Shown here: positions 7,834-18,070 of the stretch, piece by piece
How positions within the stretch are numbered: the stretch's first letter is position 1
Layout of the letters: the number at the start of each line of letters is the position of its first letter
Source of the DNA: a virus
Lineage: Duplodnaviria > Caudoviricetes
Virus record (IMG/VR): IMGVR_UViG_3300005758_000147
Span: 1 to 28,780 of that record
DNA length: 28,780 bases
Direction: 5' to 3' (one strand)
The notes under the pieces: model-generated
The model's database searches: none
What the model was told of the DNA's origin: nothing
The model's input: the letters and a program-made list of their open reading frames with translations, nothing else
Position numbers and translations under genes: made by a program

Positions 7834-8394
7834 TTACTTTTGTGGGAGTTTTTCTATAATCCCATTTATAATTTCTTGAACTATTTCTTGTTCAATTTTA
7901 TTTTCGTTTAAATATGTACCAACTATATTGTTTAATTTGTCTTTTTTAACTGTTAAGTTTTTAATGTTGATATCTTCTTTAACTAACATTTTAACAATTC
8001 GAACAATATGTTCAGTTACTGGGTCTACTTCTTCAATTCCTGATATTTGAATTTTAAGAGCATTTTCTTTTATAACTTCAGCATCATTTGATTTAACTTC
8101 TACAGTTACTTTACGAGACGCTTCGACTATAAATTCTGACTTCCAAGGTGTAAAATACGTATCCTCTGCTATAACTTCAAGCTTTATTTGACCTGAGGTA
8201 TTATCTTCTAAAAGACCTTTTAATTTTTTAATAGGTATTGAACATTTACCATCTTTATTAATGGTTCCTTCGAACATTAAATTAACATCTTCTGATTCGA
8301 TGATTAATCTTGCTTGACTGTTTTTTAATGAAGCTCCTTCAAGTTTAATATTACACTCGAATACTTCAGTTTTATCAGTAAATAATTTATACAT
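7834..8394 (-). CDS. Hypothetical (likely structural) phage protein
   Basis: Intact ORF, TAATG-coupled, beta-rich N-terminal half. Confidence 0.7.
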   Translation of the reverse strand: MYKLFTDKTEVFECNIKLEGASLKNSQARLIIESEDVNLMFEGTINKDGKCSIPIKKLKGLLEDNTSGQIKLEVIAEDTYFTPWKSEFIVEASRKVTVEVKSNDAEVIKENALKIQISGIEEVDPVTEHIVRIVKMLVKEDINIKNLTVKKDKLNNIVGTYLNENKIEQEIVQEIINGIIEKLPQK

Positions 8395-8717
8395 TATAAT
8401 TCTACTTTTATGTTTATACCTAAGACTTCCTTAGCTACTAAGGATACGTCCGATATACGTATTTTACGTTCTAATACTTCTTTAGTTTCTTTATATTCTT
8501 TACCTTCTACTTTACAAAGCAGTTTTATAAATTTTTGTTTTTTCTCAGGATGTTTACCAAAATAATCGTCTGGGGAGTACCCGCCACCCCCAGCTATAAT
8601 ATCGCTTATAAGCGCGCAATCATCCCAGGTAAACGGATTTCTACTCTGGTTTGGGAATGGATTCGATTCCCAAGCAAAATTTGCTTTATTCCATTGAAAT
8701 GGCGTTCTAGTACTCAT
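8394..8717 (-). CDS. Hypothetical phage protein with a Trp-repeat N-terminus
   Basis: PFQWNKANFAW...PFTWDDC. TAATG-coupled on both sides. Confidence 0.7.
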   Translation of the reverse strand: MSTRTPFQWNKANFAWESNPFPNQSRNPFTWDDCALISDIIAGGGGYSPDDYFGKHPEKKQKFIKLLCKVEGKEYKETKEVLERKIRISDVSLVAKEVLGINIKVEL

Positions 8718-8929
8718 TAAAATGTACCTCCATCAATAAAGGAAGCTGTAGCCGCTAATGAAGCTGTAGTATTTAAAGTACCTGGTATTTTAGCTTCAGC
8801 TGAGTCAAATACTATTTCTCCATCAGGGCCAGTACTTTTTAATGAGAATACTGCTGTAGTATTAAGGAATTTGGTTTCAGCTGAGTCTATGTCAACGCTT
8901 AAAAGATCAAATACTGTTTTTTCTACCAT
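8717..8929 (-). CDS. Small hypothetical protein ending in IDGGTF
   Basis: TAATG-coupled on both sides. Shares its C-terminal hexapeptide with 6458..7819. Confidence 0.7.
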   Translation of the reverse strand: MVEKTVFDLLSVDIDSAETKFLNTTAVFSLKSTGPDGEIVFDSAEAKIPGTLNTTASLAATASFIDGGTF

Positions 8930-9453
8930 TATTTATAATATTTTAAATAATCCATTTTTAAAAAATCATTTAAGCCTAATACTTTTTCTTTTTCTTCAGC
9001 GTTTCTAATACTATAAAAATTATAGTTAGCTACTGTTTTTTCATCTCCTATTAACATCCATTTTATAAAAAAAGGTTGATAAAGGGTATAATTATTACTA
9101 TTAGGGTCATTTAATTGATTATATTGATCTTTTGTTAATTCTTCAAATAAATATTCATTTCTTTTTTTAGAAAAATATCTATTAAACATTCCATTTTTAT
9201 AATCATCAGGTGTAGGGTATAAAGGGGGAATTGGAGAAGTGTTTAATGATGGAATAATCTCTAAATCAGATTTAGGTCTAGATGGTATTAATTTTAGATT
9301 TTTACCATCGCCTGGGAATTTACCTGTATAGTTCTCTCCGTTATATAATTTGTAAAAATATCCTGAGTATTCTATTTGGGTCTCTTCAATAATATATTCT
9401 TTCCCGTTTGTGAAAAGATTAGTTTTGATTTTATTTTTAGGTATGTATGCCAT
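8929..9453 (-). CDS. Hypothetical baseplate-region protein
   Basis: Aromatic-rich ORF, TAATG-coupled to the hub gene. Confidence 0.7.
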   Translation of the reverse strand: MAYIPKNKIKTNLFTNGKEYIIEETQIEYSGYFYKLYNGENYTGKFPGDGKNLKLIPSRPKSDLEIIPSLNTSPIPPLYPTPDDYKNGMFNRYFSKKRNEYLFEELTKDQYNQLNDPNSNNYTLYQPFFIKWMLIGDEKTVANYNFYSIRNAEEKEKVLGLNDFLKMDYLKYYK

Positions 9454-12400
9454 TATTTATTCATTTTATATTCCCATATAGCCCACGGGTTTAATGTTCC
9501 TTTAGACATTGCTTCATATATAGCAGGATAATATTGTTTTTGTTTTATAGTAAGAGCATTGGCTGTGTAACCATCAGCTAAAGTTTTATAATTTTGGACT
9601 GGGTATCCATTGTTGGTGTTGAAGTCAGTACTGTTATTATATTTTTTAGTTGTGGCAAATAAGTTATATTTAGCAGTTGTATCTTCTTGGCGAGCCCATA
9701 CAAAACAGAACCATCTATTAGCAAGATTAACAGGTAAACCAGCTGCTTTTAAGAAACTTGTAATCCATTGATCATATACTAAGAAATTAACACTAGGATT
9801 AGATCGATTAAATGGAAGTGTATTTTGACCGTTAATTTTTAATTTATCAAATAAATCTTTTAAAATTTCTCTTTCTTCTTTAGGTGTACGTTTAGCATTC
9901 CAATCAAAAGCTGCTCCTCCAGATGATGATAAATTATCAAAATTAAAGGCTCCATTTCCTCCTGCTACTGATCCCCAAGTAGCTAAGTTACCAACAGTAG
10001 TATCTATTCTATCTTTAGTATTATATGATGGTTTAAAGGTTAATTCTACTTTATTTGGATCACCAATTGTTTTTCCATTATATTTTGGGCCAGATATACT
10101 ATTTAAAGTTGTGGTCCAATCATTATTTTGGATCTTATGAGATATACCAGTAGTAATAAATTGAATAACATTTTGATAATTTTTAGGTAGCAATCTAGTG
10201 TCAGCTTCATATGCTTCATATATTTTAATACCACTTAAGCCATCCATTGTTAATTCTAAATCTATAGGTAAAAATCCTATGCCTGGGATATCTAATTTAC
10301 CTATATAATACTTGAAGAAATCTACAGCGGCATTTCTAGAACTTCCAATCAATTCTGTAGCTATTCCTCTGTCATTTATCGCGCTGTAAAGATTAACTAA
10401 TATTGTGAAATTATTTAACAATATTGTTTGGGCATTGTCTGTTGCTTTGCCATTAATAGTAGTTACATCTAATTTTTCTTTAAGAATTCTATCATATAAA
10501 CCTACATTCCATTTACTCAAAGCGGTAGCATTCTCACCTACAACATTACCATTAGCTTGTGCTCCAATAGTTACCTGTGTGGCAAAGTTATTTGATAGTT
10601 TAGTTTTTACAGTAGCGTCTCTTACAAAACTACCTTGCTCTGTATCTAAAGTGTGAGTGATAAATTTTACTGGGGGTTGTTCAAAATATTGTTTAACAGC
10701 GTCTAATTTATCAAGGTTAGGAATGAATGTACTATCTATAATTCTTACAGTGTTATTATCTTCATCATATGTAACTGTAAAATTATTAACACACCCTAGA
10801 GCGTTTTGAATCCCTGTCATTAAATTACTAAGGAAATCATATATCGATATAGAATTTGTATTAATGTCTATATAGTTATCTAATGTTTTAGCTATAAAAT
10901 CCATATTAACATATATATCCATTGGGCTACCAATGTACTTATTATCTACTCTAAAACCAGTATCTTTTAAATCTTCTATTAAAACATTTGATGGATTTGG
11001 GTTTGATGAGGTAGATTGAGATATATTAACTAGTGAAGTTGGATCGTAATATTTATGTGAAATAGCAGTATGTTTATATATACTATATGTTTGATTAATT
11101 GTGTCTCCAAAAACATTTGTAAAACTTATTGATACATCTTTAACAAATTCTGCTGATGGGGTTGTTTCTCCGTATTTTTGTATACCATTTTGTACTAAAT
11201 ATTCTTTCCCAATCTCAGCTTCAATATTATCAGCTCCATCTCCATCAAAAAAAGAACTTGATGACCATTCATCAACATAATCATCTTGAAAATCTTCTCC
11301 AGAAATACTAGTATTTTGAAGAATAGTTAAAGCTTCATCTGATAATTTGTTTATTTTTTTTCCTAAGTCTCCACCAGCGTCTATCTCTGATGATTTAGTT
11401 ATTACTGAGGAAACTTGAATAGATTTTTTTAACTCATCTATAGCTTGTTGGCTTACTGAAAATGATTTAAGATTATCTTGATTATTGGGGTCCCATATTG
11501 TAGAAAAATATCCACCAGCTCCTGTTCTCCAAGATACTTCATACCAGGAATATTGAATTTGTCGTATTATATAATTATATTTTACTGAAGCAGGGGATCC
11601 AGTGGCTGTACCTGGATCTATTATTGGGGTTGCAGATTTTGCGTCTACAGGTACTAGGCATACTGTTGGGTCTAAACTACCATGAGATGGAAATGTAAAG
11701 CAAAAATTTTCATTTCTATTTGAATTAAATTTCATGATGGTTTGATTTCCTTGTTTTGGGCTGTAATACACAAGAAAATTCTGGATTATATCTAATAATT
11801 TACCTAATTTAATATAAAATTGCTCGTATTTACCATTATTTGAAGATGGGTCTGGGCTTAAATTAGGGAAATCAAATTTTACTATTTCTTTAGGGGTTTT
11901 TTTATCATCTCCAGAAGTATTACCTGGGGTTAAATTTACTAAATTTCCAACATAAGTTGAAGTAACTTGGTCTGGGAGATAATAACCTGATACTTTAGTG
12001 GATAATTGATATAATATGTTATTTAGAGTAGATTTATTAGCATTGATATTAAGAGGGGTTCCAGTTGATGTCTGAGCATTTGGAGAAGCAGCTTGATCAG
12101 CTGTGTTTAATGATGAGTTTGTTTTTAAAGATTCAATAACATCTCCCACAGATCTCATAGTTAATATTATATTATAACTACCGTCTCTTTCTAAATTCCA
12201 AGAATAATTAACTACTCTACCTAACATGGCATCATAATTACCATTAGAAGTTTTTCTATCAGCTTGGATCTGGTTTAAAAGATTTATATAATTTGTATTA
12301 TTATTAAAGAAATAAGTATCTGTAGCTACATTATGATATGATCTTTTAAGTTCTCCACTATTAGTAAAATACCAAGACCATCCCCACTCTAATAACATAG

Positions 12401-12830
12401 AATAGCCTAATCTTAAATATAGCTGTTCTATGATATTAAATTGATCCATACTATGGCACAATATATTAATATTAGCTTCTCTTAAAGAACCTCGGTTCAT
12501 TGATTTAATATCAGCTGATACTAAACCTGGGGGCGGCACAAAACCATATCCCATGTTTGATTTCCAACCATATGCTGTGTTTCCTCCTAAACCATATCCT
12601 GTCGCTGGTTCGTTTTCAAATCTTAGATTATATAGTTGATAATCTTTAGCCCTAGATGTATCTGTTTCTCCAATATTAACCCCAGATGATAATCTTAAAA
12701 ATGCGGTGTTAGCATTTTGATAAAAGATGGCATCTGGGTCTTTGAAAGCTATCTTGTTTTTATTTTGGCGGGTAGCGATTTGTTTAGCAACAAAATCTGA
12801 GAATCCTGCTCCTATAATATTTTTAGGCAT
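9453..12830 (-). CDS. Large baseplate hub-like protein with a putative C-terminal cell-wall hydrolase domain
   Basis: Follows the tube-cap and gp53/LysM-like genes. Hub-like motifs (PPPGLVSADIK, LLEWGW, NYDAMLG.V.NYSW, LELTMDGLSGI, ITTGISHKI..NDWTT) and a C-terminal WARQE...YNLFATT...VQNY segment. Confidence 0.65.
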   Translation of the reverse strand: MPKNIIGAGFSDFVAKQIATRQNKNKIAFKDPDAIFYQNANTAFLRLSSGVNIGETDTSRAKDYQLYNLRFENEPATGYGLGGNTAYGWKSNMGYGFVPPPGLVSADIKSMNRGSLREANINILCHSMDQFNIIEQLYLRLGYSMLLEWGWSWYFTNSGELKRSYHNVATDTYFFNNNTNYINLLNQIQADRKTSNGNYDAMLGRVVNYSWNLERDGSYNIILTMRSVGDVIESLKTNSSLNTADQAASPNAQTSTGTPLNINANKSTLNNILYQLSTKVSGYYLPDQVTSTYVGNLVNLTPGNTSGDDKKTPKEIVKFDFPNLSPDPSSNNGKYEQFYIKLGKLLDIIQNFLVYYSPKQGNQTIMKFNSNRNENFCFTFPSHGSLDPTVCLVPVDAKSATPIIDPGTATGSPASVKYNYIIRQIQYSWYEVSWRTGAGGYFSTIWDPNNQDNLKSFSVSQQAIDELKKSIQVSSVITKSSEIDAGGDLGKKINKLSDEALTILQNTSISGEDFQDDYVDEWSSSSFFDGDGADNIEAEIGKEYLVQNGIQKYGETTPSAEFVKDVSISFTNVFGDTINQTYSIYKHTAISHKYYDPTSLVNISQSTSSNPNPSNVLIEDLKDTGFRVDNKYIGSPMDIYVNMDFIAKTLDNYIDINTNSISIYDFLSNLMTGIQNALGCVNNFTVTYDEDNNTVRIIDSTFIPNLDKLDAVKQYFEQPPVKFITHTLDTEQGSFVRDATVKTKLSNNFATQVTIGAQANGNVVGENATALSKWNVGLYDRILKEKLDVTTINGKATDNAQTILLNNFTILVNLYSAINDRGIATELIGSSRNAAVDFFKYYIGKLDIPGIGFLPIDLELTMDGLSGIKIYEAYEADTRLLPKNYQNVIQFITTGISHKIQNNDWTTTLNSISGPKYNGKTIGDPNKVELTFKPSYNTKDRIDTTVGNLATWGSVAGGNGAFNFDNLSSSGGAAFDWNAKRTPKEEREILKDLFDKLKINGQNTLPFNRSNPSVNFLVYDQWITSFLKAAGLPVNLANRWFCFVWARQEDTTAKYNLFATTKKYNNSTDFNTNNGYPVQNYKTLADGYTANALTIKQKQYYPAIYEAMSKGTLNPWAIWEYKMNK

Positions 12831-12833
12831 AAC

Positions 12834-13133
12834 TTATGAGTTTAAATTATTGTAATTAGATATAATCTCACTTACATTAAGAGGTATACGAATTTGTTCT
12901 CCTATAGGAGGATATAAAGAATTTTGAGGTAAATTATCATTAGCTATAGAAATAACCCACCATAATGTGTAATCATTATAATATTGTTGGGCTAACCTAT
13001 CATAACGGTCTCCTTCAGTAGTTATCACCCATACATCATTGATAGATAAAGGAATAATAGGATATTTATTATCTCTATAATAAGTGATACCTTCTGGGTT
13101 TTTTATTTTTTTTATGTCTTGATAACGGTTCAT
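12834..13133 (-). CDS. Baseplate wedge protein, gp53/LysM/tail protein X-like
   Basis: EGDRYDRLAQQYYNDYTLWWVISIAN...GEQIRIP is the typical LysM-like baseplate signature. Confidence 0.85.
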   Translation of the reverse strand: MNRYQDIKKIKNPEGITYYRDNKYPIIPLSINDVWVITTEGDRYDRLAQQYYNDYTLWWVISIANDNLPQNSLYPPIGEQIRIPLNVSEIISNYNNLNS

Positions 13134-15145
13134 TCTGGTTGTGGGATAAATGCTGTTCCGCCTGGTAAATCTTGAGGTGTTGAAACTCCAGTAGATTTTG
13201 GATTTTCACTATTTATTTTTTTAGGAACAAATCCAGGGAATTTATATCCTGCAGTATATGGGTTAGTTAAAACTCCTTCATTCCAAAATCCTTTTCCTGA
13301 TTTAGGTAAAGTATATATACTACTGTGGTAATTATTATCCCAGCCGATAAACGCTTCACCATATTGTGGGACAAAATTATGAATAGGAGTCATTGAAATT
13401 TGTACACGTATACCTTTAGGCAATTGACCTACATAATATTCATTGTCTGGAGTGATTATTTTTCCGTTTTCATCTCTGTTAATATCCCATCCCATTCCTT
13501 CTATTTCAGAAAAATCAACACTCTTTATTATGCATGGCATGCCATTAAAATAATCACCCATTGTGAATTTAGTGATTGAACCCCTCATTAATCCTACAAC
13601 AGTATTTCCATTAGTTTTAGATGAATATGATGGGGCTACAGTCCACATTAAAGCATTTAATTTTTTATAATTATTAACCATATCAGCTCTTGATAAAGCT
13701 GGTACTAGGAATGTAATACTGACATCGCGAGAAAACCCGTTATATTTGTAAAGAGATTCAGCTCTTCCCATATATTTAATAGGTGACCACTCTGCTTTAG
13801 CTCCATCACTCCAAGATTCAATATATGCTCTAAAATCTACTAATCTATTAGGTTCACCACTATTTGGATCATCTATAGTAAAATTAAGATCAATTATATC
13901 CTCTCCAGTAACCCCTAATTCAGTTTGATCAGGTGAAATTGCTTGGTTTGGGTTTAGAATATAACCTGTATCTGCTATAAAATTTCCTTTATATGTAGTT
14001 TTACTAGTACCATATCCTTTAGCTCCATCTCCTGTATTAATTTGATTTTCTCTATTAAATTGAGAATAATCTGTAGATGGGAGCACTGGGGTTTTAATAT
14101 TGTTATTAATAACTTTTCTGAAATCTAGTATGTTTTGAAAACTAGTATTTTGTTTTATACCTCTTGAATCCTGTTCAATTACTTGAGTATAATCAAGAGT
14201 ATATTGGTTATCAAATGGATCATTTTTAGACTCAAGAATATTTTCAGAGATATTTCTATTTAAATATCTATTTTTATCATTACCTAAACTGAATAATCTA
14301 GTATTGAATTTTAGTCTTGTATCTTCGGTTCCATCATTAAATAATTGTATATAATTTGCTGAAGCTCCATTATTAAATAACCTACCATATGTCCATCCTG
14401 GGGTGAAAGGTTCTCCATTAAAGCCTGGGGTTAGATATAATGGATCTGTAGAATCTACATTATAGAATGAAGGCTGGAATTTGTCTTCTTTATTTATATT
14501 TTTTACTGGACGGGTAGAGTTTTGTATTCTAATTTTAGTTCTACCTATACCTAGGATAGAACCTGGACCTCCAGGGTATGATAATAGGATATTATTACCT
14601 GCTAAATTAGTTATACCAAATGGGTTAATAGTTAATGGGCCTAATTCTTGGTTTGCTATTTTAGCTGTGTATGCTATAGTTAATCTATTTTCTATACCAT
14701 CTCCTATAGTTTGGTTTTTAGTAGAGAAATAATATCCGTATTTTCCTCCGCTGTAATATCCTAGTTCACTAGGATTTAAACCTTGTTTATTTAAATGTCC
14801 TCCAGTAGAAACTAAACCTGTTTGAAATAAAGTTGAAAGAGGATTATATACTCTATTTATATTTACTAATTTAGGATTTTGTCTTTCTAATAATTCTTGT
14901 TTAGTAGTAAACAATAAACCACTAGGGGATTTTACATCACCAAACCACTTACCTATTCTTTCAGTGTCAGTTAAAGAATTAATAAAATTTAAATACCCAT
15001 TTCTTAATAAAAAATCAGGTGAGGTAGGAAATGAACCTGTTGGGATTGGAGTTACAATATAGGGTTGATTACTAGAAGCTTCCCCAGGTCTATCCTTTCC
15101 AAAACCTAATGATTTTAAATTAGTTTGTAAATCTATTAAGGGCAT
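13130..15145 (-). CDS. Baseplate tail-tube initiator/cap-like protein (tube-fold C-terminal domain)
   Basis: FRAYIESWSD...W..IKYMGRAE..YKY.GFSR.VS.TF...TMGD...PCII.SV. Lies between the tape measure and the LysM-like gene. Confidence 0.6.
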   Translation of the reverse strand: MPLIDLQTNLKSLGFGKDRPGEASSNQPYIVTPIPTGSFPTSPDFLLRNGYLNFINSLTDTERIGKWFGDVKSPSGLLFTTKQELLERQNPKLVNINRVYNPLSTLFQTGLVSTGGHLNKQGLNPSELGYYSGGKYGYYFSTKNQTIGDGIENRLTIAYTAKIANQELGPLTINPFGITNLAGNNILLSYPGGPGSILGIGRTKIRIQNSTRPVKNINKEDKFQPSFYNVDSTDPLYLTPGFNGEPFTPGWTYGRLFNNGASANYIQLFNDGTEDTRLKFNTRLFSLGNDKNRYLNRNISENILESKNDPFDNQYTLDYTQVIEQDSRGIKQNTSFQNILDFRKVINNNIKTPVLPSTDYSQFNRENQINTGDGAKGYGTSKTTYKGNFIADTGYILNPNQAISPDQTELGVTGEDIIDLNFTIDDPNSGEPNRLVDFRAYIESWSDGAKAEWSPIKYMGRAESLYKYNGFSRDVSITFLVPALSRADMVNNYKKLNALMWTVAPSYSSKTNGNTVVGLMRGSITKFTMGDYFNGMPCIIKSVDFSEIEGMGWDINRDENGKIITPDNEYYVGQLPKGIRVQISMTPIHNFVPQYGEAFIGWDNNYHSSIYTLPKSGKGFWNEGVLTNPYTAGYKFPGFVPKKINSENPKSTGVSTPQDLPGGTAFIPQPE

Positions 15146-15426
15146 TATTTAGGCTGGTTTAGAGTATAAGGCAATGCTTGTCCTGTAGGAGAAATTGTTG
15201 GGTTTACTCCACCTAAATCTAGTTGAGATGGAGTTGGTAATACATTATTAGTACCATCTAAATACTGTTGGAATAAACTATTAACTCCCATAGCATTATT
15301 TCCAGTTACAGAGTAACTATCATGAAGAGGTGATTGTGCTGTAGCTAGTTGGTTAACAGCCGGAGTAGCACCATTAAATGGAGTTAGATTTGATTCTCCA
15401 TGTTGTAATTTGTCTAGTAGTCCCAT
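15145..15426 (-). CDS. Small hypothetical late protein
   Basis: Has its own ATATTTATA motif, TAATG-coupled downstream, N-terminus MGLLDKL...SNL. Confidence 0.75.
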   Translation of the reverse strand: MGLLDKLQHGESNLTPFNGATPAVNQLATAQSPLHDSYSVTGNNAMGVNSLFQQYLDGTNNVLPTPSQLDLGGVNPTISPTGQALPYTLNQPK

Positions 15427-15439
15427 AATTGTAATTTAT

Positions 15440-15448
15440 TATAAATAT
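15440..15448 (-). promoter_or_regulatory. Putative late promoter ATATTTATA
   Basis: 13 nt upstream of the ATG at 15426. Confidence 0.65.
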
Positions 15449-15454
15449 TAAATA

Positions 15455-17713
15455 TTATTGGGTTTTAACTCCAGTAATTAAATTTCCATTATTAGATGCA
15501 GCTGCTATTTCTTTATTATCTACTTTAACTGAAGTATTGATGTTTATTTTAGCCATCGCTGCAGCCATTTTGTCATAATCAAATTCAAATTGATTTGATG
15601 TAGATTCTTTAGCAGCGTTAATTTTATTTAATGGAGTGACTGTAGCTCCTGGTTTTAATGATAATACTTCAGGTCCTTTTTCTCCTACTAATACCGATCC
15701 TTCTCCTAGTACTGTTCCTCCATTTGCTAATCCGGGTGTTTTAGATGAAAAAGCTGCTATTAAGCCTCCAATAACAGCTATTGCCGCAGCTGCTATTCCT
15801 ATAGTAGCTCCACCAGATATTGCTGCTGATCCAGCTACACGAGCAGCTGCTACTGCCATTTCTTTTGAAGCAGTCTCATTTAAAACTCGATTATATGTTC
15901 TAGCTGTTGCTACTTGAGCTATCATGGATGCAACACTAGTAGTTATAGCAAAAAGCATTCTCCCTGTTAGTATCCCAGCTATTAATCCAAATACTACTTT
16001 TAATTTATCACCCACTGTTAACATTTGAGCTAACATTTCTAATGGACCAGCTAATGCTTCAGTCATTTTTTCTATAGACTTATTTATACTTTCTTGAACA
16101 GATAAACGTTTTAATTCTTCAGATCCAACACCCATTACTTTTTGAAGTTGCTCATCTGATAAGCCGTTTATATTTCTTTGATCGTAAATCATTTTGGCCA
16201 TTTCTTCACGACCTAGGCCTAAAGATTTAGCTATAGCTTCTTGTTGGATTCTGTTGCTGCCAGCAAATGAATTAATAAGGTCCTGATTAGTACCTATTTC
16301 TCTAGTTAACCCAACTATATCATTATTTAAAGCATATAATCTAGCTTGTTCTAAATTAATTTGCTTACCTGTTAATAATTCTGCCTCTAATTCGGCTGAG
16401 ATGCTATCTTCAAAATTTAGTAATGAACTAGCTATTTTATCAACTTGACTTAATGATAATCCTAATTTTCTGGCTTCAGCGTTAGCAAGAGCTATTTTAG
16501 TTGGGTTACCCCCTAAAGATAAAGCAATATCATCAGAAGTATTAGCTACATCTTTAAGAGTTGAAGATAATGATATGCCTGTACGATTAGTTTTATTAAA
16601 TGATTCTAATTGTTTACCTACAGATATATTACTAGTTTTTAAGTCTACGCCTGATAATCTAGTAAAACGAGCCATTTTACCAGCGTCTTCAGCTGACATG
16701 CCCATAAGGTTGACCATCTCAGCTGCTTCTTGAAGTGTTTCTTTTGTAAAAATAGCATCAGCGTTTACACCAAATTGTTTAGATAATTCTGTGGCTGTTT
16801 TAATATAATCAGAAGAAGAGATAAGGGTCATATTAAGGGTATCCATATGGGCTATGTTTTTCCCTGTTGTTCTTCCAAATTCAACTTGCGCTTTATTTAA
16901 TGAATTAAATCCTTCAATTAATTTAGTCACAATAAAAGCACCTTCACCCCATTTTTTAAAACTTTCAGCTGCTCCACTTAATGATTCTCCTATACCTGGG
17001 ATGTTTCCTAATTTCCCAGCTAATCTACCCATGAATCCTAATTCTTTATTTAGTTCTTCAGCTGTAGCTAATAATCCATTATAGGCTATATTTTGCCCTT
17101 CAATAAGAGCTTTATTTTCAATTAATGCCTCTTGAGCTTTATATAATTCATTATTATTTTTCTTTAATTGCTCTTCAAGTTTTCTTCTCTCGTATCTTTC
17201 TTGTTGAGTTAAGTGACCTTGAGCTTTTAAAGAATTAATTCGAGCTGTTTTAGCAGCTATTTCTTGCTGTAACCTAGCTTGTTCAGCAGTTAAATGAGAT
17301 TCTGAATCTCGTAATAATTCTTGAGAGTTCTCTAATCTTTGCTTTTCTTGTTCAATTTGAGATTTTAAATTAACAATCTCTTTAGCTGACATTTTACTTA
17401 TATCTTTTTGATGATATTGTATTTTTTCAGCTAATGAGGTTAATTTTTTATAAGCTTTAACACTATCATTTAACCCAACATTTTGATTAGAAATTTCTTT
17501 AACTATCCTTTGGAAAGCAGTTAACGATGCACCAACATCAGATGTTAATTCAGCGTATTCTTTACGTAAACGATCTAATTCTTGGCGAGCTTGACCAATT
17601 GCTTGAGCACGTTGAGCTTCAGCATCTGCTGCTGCTTGAGTTAATCCTTCAATCTGTTGGTAATATTTTTTTAATTCTTCTAATTCTCTAGCTGATAGTT
17701 GGTTGCTTGCCAT
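15455..17713 (-). CDS. Tail tape measure protein
   Basis: Helical/coiled-coil, Ala-rich, hydrophobic segments near the C-terminus, ANGG...VGEKGPE motif. Canonical position after the tube and chaperone genes. Confidence 0.88.
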   Translation of the reverse strand: MASNQLSARELEELKKYYQQIEGLTQAAADAEAQRAQAIGQARQELDRLRKEYAELTSDVGASLTAFQRIVKEISNQNVGLNDSVKAYKKLTSLAEKIQYHQKDISKMSAKEIVNLKSQIEQEKQRLENSQELLRDSESHLTAEQARLQQEIAAKTARINSLKAQGHLTQQERYERRKLEEQLKKNNNELYKAQEALIENKALIEGQNIAYNGLLATAEELNKELGFMGRLAGKLGNIPGIGESLSGAAESFKKWGEGAFIVTKLIEGFNSLNKAQVEFGRTTGKNIAHMDTLNMTLISSSDYIKTATELSKQFGVNADAIFTKETLQEAAEMVNLMGMSAEDAGKMARFTRLSGVDLKTSNISVGKQLESFNKTNRTGISLSSTLKDVANTSDDIALSLGGNPTKIALANAEARKLGLSLSQVDKIASSLLNFEDSISAELEAELLTGKQINLEQARLYALNNDIVGLTREIGTNQDLINSFAGSNRIQQEAIAKSLGLGREEMAKMIYDQRNINGLSDEQLQKVMGVGSEELKRLSVQESINKSIEKMTEALAGPLEMLAQMLTVGDKLKVVFGLIAGILTGRMLFAITTSVASMIAQVATARTYNRVLNETASKEMAVAAARVAGSAAISGGATIGIAAAAIAVIGGLIAAFSSKTPGLANGGTVLGEGSVLVGEKGPEVLSLKPGATVTPLNKINAAKESTSNQFEFDYDKMAAAMAKININTSVKVDNKEIAAASNNGNLITGVKTQ

Positions 17714-17728
17714 AATCTATATATATAC

Positions 17729-17737
17729 GATAAATAT
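17729..17737 (-). promoter_or_regulatory. Putative late promoter variant ATATTTATC
   Basis: 15 nt upstream of the tape-measure ATG. Confidence 0.6.
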
Positions 17738-17752
17738 TAAAAAAGCTAAGTT

Positions 17753-18070
17753 TTAGTACTTAGCTAATTTTTTACCTTTGTCCATTTGGCCTTTAAAATG
17801 TGATGGTAGATCTATTTTACCTTCTTTAACCTTTTGAGATTGAGTACCTAAATCATCATTACTATTCGGATTTTGTTTATCATAATACTCTCTCATTTTA
17901 TTAAAAGTAAACATACGTAACCAAATAGGCATATTATAGACTGTTTCCCAGTCATAACCTCCTTGACCATGAAAAACTATTTCATGGATTTGAGAGAATA
18001 AATTAACTCTAGCTTGAGAAGCTAAATCAGAGGTCAGGCCAAAAAAAGTTAAGTCCAATGGGAATATCAA
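17753..18070 (-). CDS. Tail assembly chaperone second ORF (gpT/gp51-like), probably expressed as a frameshift extension of 18027..18758
   Basis: Only a TTG start. Overlaps the upstream gene in the +1 frame across a T7 run. Contains VYNMPIWLR. Confidence 0.7.
   Translation of the reverse strand: MIFPLDLTFFGLTSDLASQARVNLFSQIHEIVFHGQGGYDWETVYNMPIWLRMFTFNKMREYYDKQNPNSNDDLGTQSQKVKEGKIDLPSHFKGQMDKGKKLAKY

Noticed and set aside
17718-17727. (TA)n microsatellite before the tape measure as a phase-variation switch
   Set aside because: Only about five units in very AT-rich intergenic DNA, consistent with chance.
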